A stretch of DNA of 64,000 nt from positions 32,001 to 96,000 of the forward strand of contig JAHHIK010000010.1 of NCBI GenBank assembly GCA_019358935.1, in the 5' to 3' direction. Positions 21,547 through 31,236 of the stretch are shown here, piece by piece. Position 1 is the first letter of the stretch; the number at the start of each line of letters is the position of its first letter. Under the pieces are notes generated by a model. It saw only the letters and a program-made list of their open reading frames with translations, was not told the DNA's origin and ran no database searches. The stretch comes from Tolypothrix carrinoi HA7290-LM1. Its GTDB lineage: Bacteria > Cyanobacteriota > Cyanobacteriia > Cyanobacteriales > Nostocaceae. The position numbers and the translations under genes are program-made.

Positions 21547-24500
21547 TTAATTAGATTTGGGAGCGATCGCAATACCTTGGCAAAGATTGCGATCGGCTGG
21601 TTTCACCTTGGGGTTATTCCTGAGATAATCATCTGCCCAATTGCAACCGCGTTTGAGCAAATAATCAAGGTCAAAATCCCAAACGGAAACACCTTCTTGT
21701 CCAGCAGCAGCGATACTTTTACCATCTGGGCTAAAACTAACATTATCACTGCCCAATCGCTCGTAAGTTGCCAGTAAAGAACCTTCGATATTAAAAAGTT
21801 TAATCTTCTTTAAACCTGCTGCTGCGATTATCTTGCCATCGGGACTAAAACTTACACTCGATACAGGTTCTTCAACGTTAAATGTGTTCAAGCTTTTGTT
21901 ATCTTGGCTATCTAAACTCCAAAGCTTAACCCCACTATCTTTACTGGCAGATGCGATGAGTTTACCATCGGGACTGAAACTTACACCTGTAACTCCATTT
22001 CCATGCTCTTTAAATTCTTTAATTACTTTGCCAGTTGCAGGTTGCCAAACTTTAACTGTTTTGTCGTCGCTGCCAGATGCGACTAAAGTACCATTATGAT
22101 TAAAGCTAACGCTGTTTACATTTTGTTTATGCTCTCTGAAATTTGTCATTATTTGACCATCGCGCTGCCAAATTTTCACGGTATTATCATAGCTTGCTGA
22201 AGCTATCTTACTGCCATCTGGACTAACACTGACGCTGGAAATAATATTATTATGTCCTGGAAAAGTTTGTAATAACTGTACACTATTTTGTGTATTTTTT
22301 CCCGATGCCTGCGAAATCTGCCAGAGTTTGACAACATCATCGTTAGTCACAATAGCAATTTTGTCACTGTTAGGGATTGCCTCGATAGATCCGATAAAAT
22401 TGGTTTTTAAGGTCACTGTTTTTGGCTGTATCAACTTTGCTTTAGCATTTTGATTTATATAGCTATTTATATGCCAAAATTGCACCTCATTCTCGTTGAT
22501 ACGAGTAGCAAAAGTCTTGTTGTCAGCACTAAATATAGTAGGAGAATCTGGTATTGAATTTTTTAAGTCTTCATCGCTAAGATAGTCACCAAAGCGCTCA
22601 AGTTCCTCACTGGGTATAGTTTGGAGAATTTCCAGGAAAGTGCCATCACTTCTCCATAACTCCACAGTCCGCTCATTGGTACGAACCGCTAAAATTTGAG
22701 CATCATCGCTGAGAACTACAGAAGGGTAGGGTGAACTGTCACTTGGAACTATGTTTCTGGTTTTGAGTTGGATGGTAGTGTTCTGCGATCGCTCAATATT
22801 CCAAATAGATATTTTATTACTGCCTGCCCTATAAAAAACCTTTGTTTTTAAATCTTTACTCGATATAGGATTTGCTGGATTTTGGTTTTTACTACTATCT
22901 TGAATTGATGAAATTACAGAACCATCATAATTCAAATATTGTATATAATTATTACTGCTAATCGCTATTTCCTTACTATTAATAATAAAGCTTATATCAA
23001 CTTCGCTACTATTTTCTTTATTATTAGGCAGATTAATTTTTTTAATTAAATTACCATTACTATTCCATAATTCTAATTGAAAGTCTTCAGAATTATAGCT
23101 GTTTGGAAGATACTTTTTGACAATAGCTATATCTCCATCGGGACTAAATTTTACTGATATTCTTCTATCCTGCTTTAGAGTTTTGATAATTTTACCGTTA
23201 ACCTCTACAAATTTAAGAGTGTTATCATTCGACCAAAAAGCTAAAGTTTTACTATCAGCGCTAAAGCCCATACTTTTATCATTTTCATAATTAATCAAGC
23301 CATAGTCATGCAAAGAAGTAATCTGTTTTCCATCTCTCTGCCAAAGTTTGATAGTTTTATCCCGACTGCGGGTTGCAAATTTTTTACCATCAGGGCTAAA
23401 ACTTATCTCCTCAACTCTATCTTTGTGTCCTTTGAGAGTTGTAATCTGCTTACCTTCACTCGAATAAATTTCTACTGTATTATCGCTCTTGCTGAGAGCA
23501 ATCATTTTTCCATTATTACTAAAACTTCCTTGAATAAGACTTCCTTGTAGAGTCTTGATATATTTGCCGTCACTTTGCCAAAGCTGTAGGTTAGTTTCTT
23601 GGCTAGCGGAAACAATGCTTTCGCGATCGGCACTAAAATTTACTTCTAGATTATTTCCTGGTAATTTTGCAAATAAAGAGCCGTTACGCTGCCAGAGTGT
23701 TGCCTCACCATTATACTTATTGATAGCAGCAAGTAATTGACTACTAGGATTAAAACTTATATTTGTTATATAATCATAGTCGTTATATTCAGAAGATTTA
23801 AAACTCTTCTTTTCCAAACTCCAAAGCTTAATGGTTCTGTCCTCGCTAACAGAAGCAAGCATATCTAATGCTGGATTAAAGCTGATATCGGTGACTTTAT
23901 TTCTATGTCCAGTAAGATTAATAGAGTCTATAAATTCTCTATTAGCTGTTTGAGAACTACTAACTATTATACTGTTCTCTATCTGATCGGTATATCTTAT
24001 TCCATAAGAGCTAGTAGCAACCCCGGTTGCAATAATTTTGCTGTCTGGGCTAAACTTGAAATTTATACTTGGTTCCTGATATACATTTTCACCAGTATTA
24101 AATGAAGAACCATCACTACGCCATAACAAACCAAAACTAGAATTAATAGTTTGACCATCGGGACTAAAACTAAGTCTAGGCAAAAAGTTTTCTCTAACCT
24201 CAATATCATCAATCAAAGATTTGATTTCCTTACCTTCCCGATTCCAAAGTTTTGCGGTTTTATCCAAGCTAGCAGAAACAATTGTTTGACCATCGGGACT
24301 AAAGTTGACGCTCGTGACACTAGCATTATGTCCCGTCGGCAAATCTTTAATTACTTTTCCATTTAAATTCCAAAGTATTATACTGCCATCTTTAGCTCCA
24401 GAAAGTATTGTTTGACCGTTAGGACTAAAACTAGCACTCACAATTTCTGTTCGTTTATGTACAAATATAGAAATTGGTTTAGTATTTATTTGATTACTTT

Positions 24501-27500
24501 TGATTGACTTTATATCCCAAAGTTTTAAAGTTTTATCTTCGCTACCAGAGAGAATTTTTTTATTATCTGGACTGAAGATAAGATTAGTAATTTTTTTATC
24601 ATGAGCATTATTAATGGTTGCAATTTCTATTCCATCTTGTTGCCAAACCTTCACCACTCCATCGGCACTTCCAGAGGCTATCATTTTACCATCAGGACTG
24701 TAACTAACTTTGGTGACAGTATCTTTGTGTCCTTCTAAACTATTCCGTTCTCGAATTGTATAAACTACATCTTGTAAAGCGGTCGTCACCTGCATTTTAA
24801 CTTCAGGTGATACCCCAATCGACCACCATTGTTTGATACGTTTGCCTGCTTTTAATGCTTGTACTAATGCCTCTAAATCGTTGTTTGAATTTAAGAACCT
24901 TTGAGATTCATTACTCATCGACATAAGTTGACTATTATTCTGACTTATCAACACTAGTGGTAAGAATATTGCAAATGCTCCAGTAATAACCCCTAAAGAT
25001 ACTTTCCAAACTAAACCTTTTCGCTCATCGATGAGTTGCTGTCTGAGAACTTCATTAAGCTTTGCTTCAGTTAACTTCCTTTGCTCTCGTTCTTTCTCCA
25101 GCTCTTTAATCAATCGCTCCGACTGCTGCTGACGTACAAATGGTACTAAATAATCATGAACTAGCTGATAGCGATCGCTCGGAAATCCTGGTACTTGAAA
25201 TACCAATCCAGATTTGACTAAAATCTTTAAAATTAAGTTTAATCTTTCTGTCTCTAATGCTAATTCTGCTTCGATTTCGGCACGATTTTTCAGGGGACGA
25301 GTATTGTTTTCATCGGTTAAAATATATAACACTAATTTAGCAAACTGCTCGTTATTCTGACCGCAGTCTTTCACAACCTCTTCTAAAAAACGTCCTACTA
25401 ATTCTTCTTTGGGACCATATTCTTGATATTGAGCGAGTGTTGTAATTTTTTCGGTTTGCAGTTGCGCTCCTACTACTTGTAATTCAATCGGACGAACTTC
25501 ATTAAAGTTACTCGCTAAATCTCGCACTAATTCATCAATTAGTTCGACATCGAGATGGAATTGAGAGCTTTCTGTTAAATTATCGATGACAGAACGAGCA
25601 TCTTCTGGAGAAAAATTGCCTAAATAGTAGAGGATTTTTTTGTCTAAAATATTGCAGTCGATCGCATCTAGTTTTACCAAGCGATCGCATTCGAGTAAGT
25701 AATGTAAATAATCTTCTCGCAGCGAGAGAATAATCTTTACATAGGGGATATTTAAACAGTCGCGTATAAATTCAAAAAATGGTTGTCTTTGTACGGGGTC
25801 TTTATAAGCAAAGAAAAATTCTTCAAATTGGTCGAAAATTAAAACTGTTAATGAATTATTATCAATATTTTTCTTGAGTTCTGTTGTAAAAGCTGCCATC
25901 GTATCTAAAAAGTGGGGAAAACTTAAACCCTTGACTTCTTCGATAGATTCGACAAAACGACTACCCAAAGTTTTTGCCCAGTCTGTATAAACTTGCAACA
26001 AAACAGGTACAACGTCCCGTGCTTCAACCGATTTCTGCTTTAAAGCTGGCAATAAACCCGCTTGTACGAGGGAACTTTTACCGACACCAGATTGCCCGTA
26101 AACTACAGTTAATTTGCAATCGGGACGACCAATTCGTTCGATTAATCGATTTACATCTTGCAACCTTCCAGAAGCGGCAATTTCTGGAGACACATTTGCT
26201 TTGCGATCGCTAACTCCTAACCCAAAGTTAGCTACTTGTCGTCTCGATTGTAAGCGTCCAGCACCAACAAAAGCCCGCAATCCATATTGTTGTTCTATCG
26301 ATCGCAATTCTTGTTTAATATCAAATGCTTCTAAGTATTTGCTTTGGTCAAAGTAAAGCTTTTGCAGGGTGGAAAGAATGCGAATGTAAAACAAAGGGTC
26401 TAACTGGGGATTGCTATGAAAACGAGCAGTTTCTAAATGAGAAATAGCTTCGCTTGTTTGCTCAAGATGTTGTTGTGCTTGGGCTAATAATAATAAGTAT
26501 ATATTGCGAAAATTTTTACGTTCCCAATCCAAAATTGTAGTTTGATTTGCTGGGATATTATCTTGATTTGGGACGATGATATCATTATGTTGTAGTGCTA
26601 ATTCCGCATATTCCTTCGCTTGCATCCATTCTGATTTTTGTAAGGCTACTTCTGCCATTAATCCATAACTATAACCGAGCTTTACGGGTTCCGGATGGGC
26701 TTTATGCAAATTAATCGCTTGAGTCGCAACCTTTTCTAGTTCCTCCCACGCTGCTAATTGAGTTAATACTTCTCCCCATAGATTAATATATTTTGCTGCC
26801 AAATTTGGTTGATGATGCTGTTCAAAAATATCTACACATTTTTGAAAATATTCTTTAGCTTGCTCGCAAGCTTGCCGATGTTCGCTACGATGTATATTCG
26901 CATATTGTCGCCACCACAAACCTAGATGCAATAGCACACATCCGTAACGTTTGATATCATCTAGATGGCTATTTTCCCTATCTGTAACTCGCTGCTGCCA
27001 GAAATCTAAACTTTGTTCGTAGTACGCTCGCGCTTCTGATTTCTTATTACTTGCATCTGCTTCTCTACCTAGCAAAAATTGAATACTTGCTGCTAATGGT
27101 GCTAATGGCTGCATTGATTTTTGTAAATCTTTGACAGCCAATTCCATTTCTAAAAAATGATAGGTATCAAAATCAAGATTTAATGAGGCATTATCTAAAA
27201 ATATCCCGGAAACTGCATTGAGAATTGCGGAAAATACTAAGGATATAGTTTCTTCTAACTTAGTAATTAACTCATTAGTTTCGATTTCAAACTTAATGGA
27301 ATTACCTGTCCAATTTTTAAAGTCTGGCATTCGACGAATCAATTTTTGGAAGATTTCATCGTTTACCCATAGCACAATCGGAAATTGAAAATTCTTGCGA
27401 AATTCTTCTCTAACTTGATTTGTGGAAATTAAAACTTGGTCAACAGCCTCAACTAACTCCAAGCCAAATATCATTAAAGCTGAAGGTTGTCTATCTTTCA

Positions 27501-27747
27501 AATCAGCTTGAATTGTTGTAAAAAGGGTTTTGACTGACTTTGACAGGTGCAACTCATGAATTTCCATCGGACACTGTTGCTTCAATCGCTGCACCATTTC
27601 ATCTTGCAAACTGCGGTAGTTACAGCGTGCAATAATCAAGACAAAATTTTCTTGAGAATTGGTAATTGATCGCGCTAATTTTCGCAAAGAGCGTTCGTTA
27701 TCAACTACAATTTTTTCTGGAATTTGTTTGGGTTCTGGGGATATCAT
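21547..27747 (-). CDS. 2066-aa protein: degenerate NTPase-like N-terminal domain, TPRs, STAND (nSTAND1-like) NTPase, coiled coil, TM helix, WD40 repeats
   Basis: Walker A GQSGVGKSS, Walker B LIFDQFEEFF, LSLREDY, YQLVHDYL; many GH...FSPDG...W WD40 repeats. Confidence 0.9.
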   Translation of the reverse strand: MISPEPKQIPEKIVVDNERSLRKLARSITNSQENFVLIIARCNYRSLQDEMVQRLKQQCPMEIHELHLSKSVKTLFTTIQADLKDRQPSALMIFGLELVEAVDQVLISTNQVREEFRKNFQFPIVLWVNDEIFQKLIRRMPDFKNWTGNSIKFEIETNELITKLEETISLVFSAILNAVSGIFLDNASLNLDFDTYHFLEMELAVKDLQKSMQPLAPLAASIQFLLGREADASNKKSEARAYYEQSLDFWQQRVTDRENSHLDDIKRYGCVLLHLGLWWRQYANIHRSEHRQACEQAKEYFQKCVDIFEQHHQPNLAAKYINLWGEVLTQLAAWEELEKVATQAINLHKAHPEPVKLGYSYGLMAEVALQKSEWMQAKEYAELALQHNDIIVPNQDNIPANQTTILDWERKNFRNIYLLLLAQAQQHLEQTSEAISHLETARFHSNPQLDPLFYIRILSTLQKLYFDQSKYLEAFDIKQELRSIEQQYGLRAFVGAGRLQSRRQVANFGLGVSDRKANVSPEIAASGRLQDVNRLIERIGRPDCKLTVVYGQSGVGKSSLVQAGLLPALKQKSVEARDVVPVLLQVYTDWAKTLGSRFVESIEEVKGLSFPHFLDTMAAFTTELKKNIDNNSLTVLIFDQFEEFFFAYKDPVQRQPFFEFIRDCLNIPYVKIILSLREDYLHYLLECDRLVKLDAIDCNILDKKILYYLGNFSPEDARSVIDNLTESSQFHLDVELIDELVRDLASNFNEVRPIELQVVGAQLQTEKITTLAQYQEYGPKEELVGRFLEEVVKDCGQNNEQFAKLVLYILTDENNTRPLKNRAEIEAELALETERLNLILKILVKSGLVFQVPGFPSDRYQLVHDYLVPFVRQQQSERLIKELEKEREQRKLTEAKLNEVLRQQLIDERKGLVWKVSLGVITGAFAIFLPLVLISQNNSQLMSMSNESQRFLNSNNDLEALVQALKAGKRIKQWWSIGVSPEVKMQVTTALQDVVYTIRERNSLEGHKDTVTKVSYSPDGKMIASGSADGVVKVWQQDGIEIATINNAHDKKITNLIFSPDNKKILSGSEDKTLKLWDIKSIKSNQINTKPISIFVHKRTEIVSASFSPNGQTILSGAKDGSIILWNLNGKVIKDLPTGHNASVTSVNFSPDGQTIVSASLDKTAKLWNREGKEIKSLIDDIEVRENFLPRLSFSPDGQTINSSFGLLWRSDGSSFNTGENVYQEPSINFKFSPDSKIIATGVATSSYGIRYTDQIENSIIVSSSQTANREFIDSINLTGHRNKVTDISFNPALDMLASVSEDRTIKLWSLEKKSFKSSEYNDYDYITNISFNPSSQLLAAINKYNGEATLWQRNGSLFAKLPGNNLEVNFSADRESIVSASQETNLQLWQSDGKYIKTLQGSLIQGSFSNNGKMIALSKSDNTVEIYSSEGKQITTLKGHKDRVEEISFSPDGKKFATRSRDKTIKLWQRDGKQITSLHDYGLINYENDKSMGFSADSKTLAFWSNDNTLKFVEVNGKIIKTLKQDRRISVKFSPDGDIAIVKKYLPNSYNSEDFQLELWNSNGNLIKKINLPNNKENSSEVDISFIINSKEIAISSNNYIQYLNYDGSVISSIQDSSKNQNPANPISSKDLKTKVFYRAGSNKISIWNIERSQNTTIQLKTRNIVPSDSSPYPSVVLSDDAQILAVRTNERTVELWRSDGTFLEILQTIPSEELERFGDYLSDEDLKNSIPDSPTIFSADNKTFATRINENEVQFWHINSYINQNAKAKLIQPKTVTLKTNFIGSIEAIPNSDKIAIVTNDDVVKLWQISQASGKNTQNSVQLLQTFPGHNNIISSVSVSPDGSKIASASYDNTVKIWQRDGQIMTNFREHKQNVNSVSFNHNGTLVASGSDDKTVKVWQPATGKVIKEFKEHGNGVTGVSFSPDGKLIASASKDSGVKLWSLDSQDNKSLNTFNVEEPVSSVSFSPDGKIIAAAGLKKIKLFNIEGSLLATYERLGSDNVSFSPDGKSIAAAGQEGVSVWDFDLDYLLKRGCNWADDYLRNNPKVKPADRNLCQGIAIAPKSN

Positions 27748-29048
27748 AATTTAAATTTCTTCGACTCTGCGATCGCAGGATTAATATCAAACCAGCGTCC
27801 TTCTAGATCGCGGTATTCAAATAAAAACATACTTCTAAGTAGTGTTTGGTATTCTTCCTCACCTTTTACGTTGTCTTTATTTTGCAAAATTTGATGTAGT
27901 AACGTCCACTCATCTTCACTAATTGCCGATATCAAATCATCTCGGTATTCACGGATAACCATTTCCAAACAATCACGTTGAATTGGTGGGTCATTTTCTT
28001 GCAGGCAACTATAAAGTAATACTAGTAAATTGCGGACATGACCGCCACTAACCCTAATTAAACGGTCTAAAGTGTCAGCCGCATCAAACACATCAGTAAT
28101 GCGATCGCATCGCTCTTTTTCTCCGAGTCGAGGAAAAGCACGCGCTAAAACCATCTGCCGTAACAAATCCATCCCTTGTTGATTATCCCCTCCCTGGCGA
28201 GATTTCACTGTCACCATCGGTAAGACAAGCGGTTTGACTCCAAAGCGATTGGTCAATGTACTTAACTCATTTGAAAAAATTAACACCAAAGGAATTGTGT
28301 ACACCACATGGCAATTAAGTTTCTTTAGCTGCTCTCCTCTATCAATAAAAAGATACTCCGGTTGCGAACGTCCCGTAGTTTTTAGCGAAATATCAACGCG
28401 ATCGAGATTATCGATGATGACAACCAAACCTTTGTATCCTTGTTGCTTCAATTCCTGCTTGGCAGTCTCTAATATCTGTTGGTTGATAGCATCTAAAATA
28501 CCACTGGTGCGTGGTTCTAAATATTGACGTAATTGACTGCGGAGTCTGGGACTATCTTTTGTTTTGGCAGTAACTTTCCCAATACCCATTGGTAGAGAAA
28601 ATTCAAATTCGGGAATTACTGGTGTTTGTAGAAAATCAGCGATTTCATTAAACAAACTCACAAAATAACTTGGCTTCAACCTAATATTAACGCTCTCTAA
28701 ACTGACGCTAACTTGACGGGTAATAGCCAGCAAAATATCGCTGACATCAACATCAGCCATATCTAAATCTGCACTAGACTCAAAATAAACCACATGAAAA
28801 CCTTGCCGTTCTAGTTCGTCTTTGAGTCGGAATAGCTCTGTAGATTTGCCACAACCGATATGTCCCGTAAATAGTTGGCAGGTTGAAGAGTCAACTTGAT
28901 GGGCGATCGTTCGTCGCAACCTTTGGACTACATTTCCTCCACGTACCGATGAAAAGTCAATATAATATTGTTGGTCTTCTCTATTCTCAATCTTTAAAGT
29001 TTTACTAGGATTGCAAGCATTAAAAAATTTTATTGGGTCTAATGTCAT
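27744..29048 (-). CDS. P-loop ATPase (AAA/KAP-like)
   Basis: GHIGCGKSTEL, VVIIDNLDRV, SGGHVRNL; ATGA overlap with the downstream gene. Confidence 0.88.
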   Translation of the reverse strand: MTLDPIKFFNACNPSKTLKIENREDQQYYIDFSSVRGGNVVQRLRRTIAHQVDSSTCQLFTGHIGCGKSTELFRLKDELERQGFHVVYFESSADLDMADVDVSDILLAITRQVSVSLESVNIRLKPSYFVSLFNEIADFLQTPVIPEFEFSLPMGIGKVTAKTKDSPRLRSQLRQYLEPRTSGILDAINQQILETAKQELKQQGYKGLVVIIDNLDRVDISLKTTGRSQPEYLFIDRGEQLKKLNCHVVYTIPLVLIFSNELSTLTNRFGVKPLVLPMVTVKSRQGGDNQQGMDLLRQMVLARAFPRLGEKERCDRITDVFDAADTLDRLIRVSGGHVRNLLVLLYSCLQENDPPIQRDCLEMVIREYRDDLISAISEDEWTLLHQILQNKDNVKGEEEYQTLLRSMFLFEYRDLEGRWFDINPAIAESKKFKL

Positions 29049-29183
29049 AGAAATCTCTTGATATAGGATTACTATTTGATTTTTGAAAAGATACGTAGGG
29101 AAGGCAAAAAGGGGTGTGGATGTTCCTCCCCCTTTATTGCCGTTGTGTTAGCTTAGAGAGTACGGCACCATTTTCAAGGGTTT

Positions 29184-29216
29184 GGTGCGTTAGACGGAAC
29201 GTCTAACGCACCCTAC
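29184..29216. repeat. REP-like hairpin
   Basis: GGTGCGTTAGACG-gaa-CGTCTAACGCACC followed by CTAC. Confidence 0.7.
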
Positions 29217-29357
29217 AATACTTAAATTTTTTCTATCAACAGAGCGATCGCTGCATGTACTGGTAAGATAACCGAACTTTTATCAGCCAGACTTGCAGCT
29301 ATATTATATTAGAAACGAAGCAGGCAAACGTAATATTAAGCTGGTAGCGACTTTGTG

Positions 29358-29648
29358 CTACCTGCGGCTTTTCCAATATCCAGGTTCTCGACTGCAATAC
29401 ATAACAGCCAAAATCAAAATATAGTCCTGCTCAATTGTATAAAGAATTCCATAAGGAAACTTTTGAGTCAAACATCTGCGAACGTCCTCATCAAGCACAG
29501 CCCAACGAGTCGGAGACTCTTTTATTCGATAAACTGCATCCTCAACAGCATCAATAAAAGCTTGCGCTACCTCAGCACGTTGCTTTGCATAATACTGCAC
29601 AGCTTCAGTATATTCAGTGAGTGCCTCAGGGTGAAATACATACTTCAT
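29358..29648 (-). CDS. RelE/ParE family toxin
   Basis: FHPEA...RRCLTQKFPYGILY...ILAVMYCSREPGYW. Confidence 0.88.
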   Translation of the reverse strand: MKYVFHPEALTEYTEAVQYYAKQRAEVAQAFIDAVEDAVYRIKESPTRWAVLDEDVRRCLTQKFPYGILYTIEQDYILILAVMYCSREPGYWKSRR

Positions 29649-29875
29649 TGCCCAAGTAGTCGCCTCACTTGAGCCAAAGCTTGTTCTCCTGGAATCGGTT
29701 GGACATCTTTACTGCGAACCTCATCCCGTCGTTTCTGTGCCTCATCAATCCAAGCTGCTTGAATTGTTGGGTCTGTATCAAATTCCAAGCTTTCCACTAT
29801 CTTTTCTGCCAAGAGCGCCCTCGACGCACTAGGCAAAGATAGGATTTCTTCTGTCAGTTGCTCAATTGACCGCAT
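29645..29875 (-). CDS. Addiction module antitoxin component
   Basis: LSLPSASRALLAEKIVESL...AWIDEAQKR; ATGA overlap with the toxin. Confidence 0.85.
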   Translation of the reverse strand: MRSIEQLTEEILSLPSASRALLAEKIVESLEFDTDPTIQAAWIDEAQKRRDEVRSKDVQPIPGEQALAQVRRLLGQ

Positions 29876-29902
29876 AGCTACCCGCAGAATGTTGAATTCT
29901 GC

Positions 29903-29968
29903 TCACAGTGTAACAACAATTGCAACTAGTCTTGGCATATCTGCCCACCAAATTTCACCTTGCTGCAT
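29903..29968 (-). pseudogene. Truncated PemK/MazF toxin (MQQGEIWWADMP then stop after 21 codons)
   Basis: TAATG overlap with the upstream antitoxin stop; GEIWWAD is a typical MazF N-terminus. Confidence 0.75.
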
Positions 29969-30249
29969 TACCAGGTTTCCTTTAGCAATGTGTGGGTTTG
30001 TAGTTCAACCAAAAATGGGTTAAGACTACTATCCTCATCAGCGTACACAGCATCTAACTGCTCTGTAATGCGTAGGCGTAGTCCGCCGTTCGCGGAGCGT
30101 CTCCGACAGGAGAAGGCATCGCTACGATGAGCTTTTAAGTATTCTTGGAGCGCTACAGCATACAGTTCGCTTCGAGATAGCCCCATTCGTTTTGCAAAGT
30201 TTTCCGCAGCTTCAAAAATAGTATCTGGGATTGAAATAGCTGTTTTCAT
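29968..30249 (-). CDS. RHH-type (ChpI-like) antitoxin with a 15-aa in-frame insertion
   Basis: MKTAISIPD...GLSRSELY...ITEQLDAVY; start likely 30249 or 30255. Confidence 0.75.
   Translation of the reverse strand: MKTAISIPDTIFEAAENFAKRMGLSRSELYAVALQEYLKAHRSDAFSCRRRSANGGLRLRITEQLDAVYADEDSSLNPFLVELQTHTLLKETW
30073..30117. mobile_element. 45-bp nested small dispersed repeat (21 + 24 nt) inside a HIP1 site
   Basis: GCG|insert|ATCGC; outer TAGGCGTAGTCCGCCGT..AGGC, inner TCGCGGAGCGTCTCCGACAGGAGA. Confidence 0.8.
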
Positions 30250-30256
30250 CGCCATA

Positions 30257-30274
30257 GTATAACTATAGTTATAC
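30257..30274. promoter_or_regulatory. Palindromic operator GTATAACTATAGTTATAC
   Basis: Perfect 18-bp palindrome just upstream of the antitoxin start; one-mismatch copy at 21420-21437. Confidence 0.6.
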
Positions 30275-30421
30275 CATGATGTTATCACTTATAATCAAAG
30301 GACTCAAATCTGTTTCGATCGCCAGTTGCCGATTTTCTTCGAGTTCTTCTGTGAATCATTGCAGCGATGTTTGACGACAAGATGGGAAACGTCTATGCAT
30401 CCTGTTTATTTGCCCGAAGTA

Positions 30422-31189
30422 TCAGAAATGAGCGACGTATCCACCATCAACCGCCAAAACCTGACCAGTGACGTACGATGCAGCTGGAGAAGCAAAGAAA
30501 ACAACAGCACCCGCAATTTCTTTTGGATCTCCCCAACGACCTAGAGAAGTTCGCTTAGAAAGCCAAGCAGCAACTTCTTTATCAGCAACCACGTCCATAT
30601 TACTCTCAGTTGCAAAAAAGCCCGGAGCAACAGCATTAACGGTTATTCCAAATTTTCCCAGTTCCGCAGCAAGAGTGCGAGTTAGTGATTCAAGTCCTCC
30701 CTTCGCCGTAGTATAAACAGCATCACCAGCATCGGCGATGGAACCTGCAATTGATGTTATGTTGATGATTCTACCCTCACCATTCTCGATCATCAACCGT
30801 GCTGCTTCCCGCGATAGATTGAAGGGAGCGATGAGATCGACATCGATCAGCCGACGCACTGCATCTAGTTCAAATTCAAAAAAATTACGGCGATCGCGCA
30901 TACCAACATTATTTACGAGGATATCGAGATGCCCGTGTTTTTGTTTGATTTCGCTGAACGCTTTTTGAATGGCTGTCTCCGAAGTAATATCTAACTGCAA
31001 TAGTGAGGCTGATCCGCCCATTGAGTGGATAGTTGCAACTGCACGATTGAGGCTTTCATGATTGCGCCCATTTACGAGAACAAAAGCACCAGCCTGAGCA
31101 AGTGCCTTGGCAATTTCCAGTCCTAGCCCTCGTCCCCCTCCAGTAACTAAGGCAGTTTTGCCATCCAATGAAAACTCAGATAGTGTCAC
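30422..31189 (-). CDS. Short-chain dehydrogenase/reductase (gluconate 5-dehydrogenase-like)
   Basis: TGGGRGLG, NNVG, YTTAK. Confidence 0.9.
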   Translation of the reverse strand: MTLSEFSLDGKTALVTGGGRGLGLEIAKALAQAGAFVLVNGRNHESLNRAVATIHSMGGSASLLQLDITSETAIQKAFSEIKQKHGHLDILVNNVGMRDRRNFFEFELDAVRRLIDVDLIAPFNLSREAARLMIENGEGRIINITSIAGSIADAGDAVYTTAKGGLESLTRTLAAELGKFGITVNAVAPGFFATESNMDVVADKEVAAWLSKRTSLGRWGDPKEIAGAVVFFASPAASYVTGQVLAVDGGYVAHF

Positions 31190-31212
31190 AACACTTCCTT
31201 TTTAATTCTTAA

Positions 31213-31234
31213 AGGTGGGCAATGCCCACCCTAC
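31213..31234. repeat. REP-like hairpin
   Basis: GGTGGGC-aat-GCCCACC followed by CTAC. Confidence 0.6.
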
Positions 31235-31236
31235 AA

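Noticed and set aside
21547..24750. Diversity-generating retroelement acting on the WD40 repeats
   Set aside because: No reverse transcriptase and no near-identical template/variable repeat pair seen
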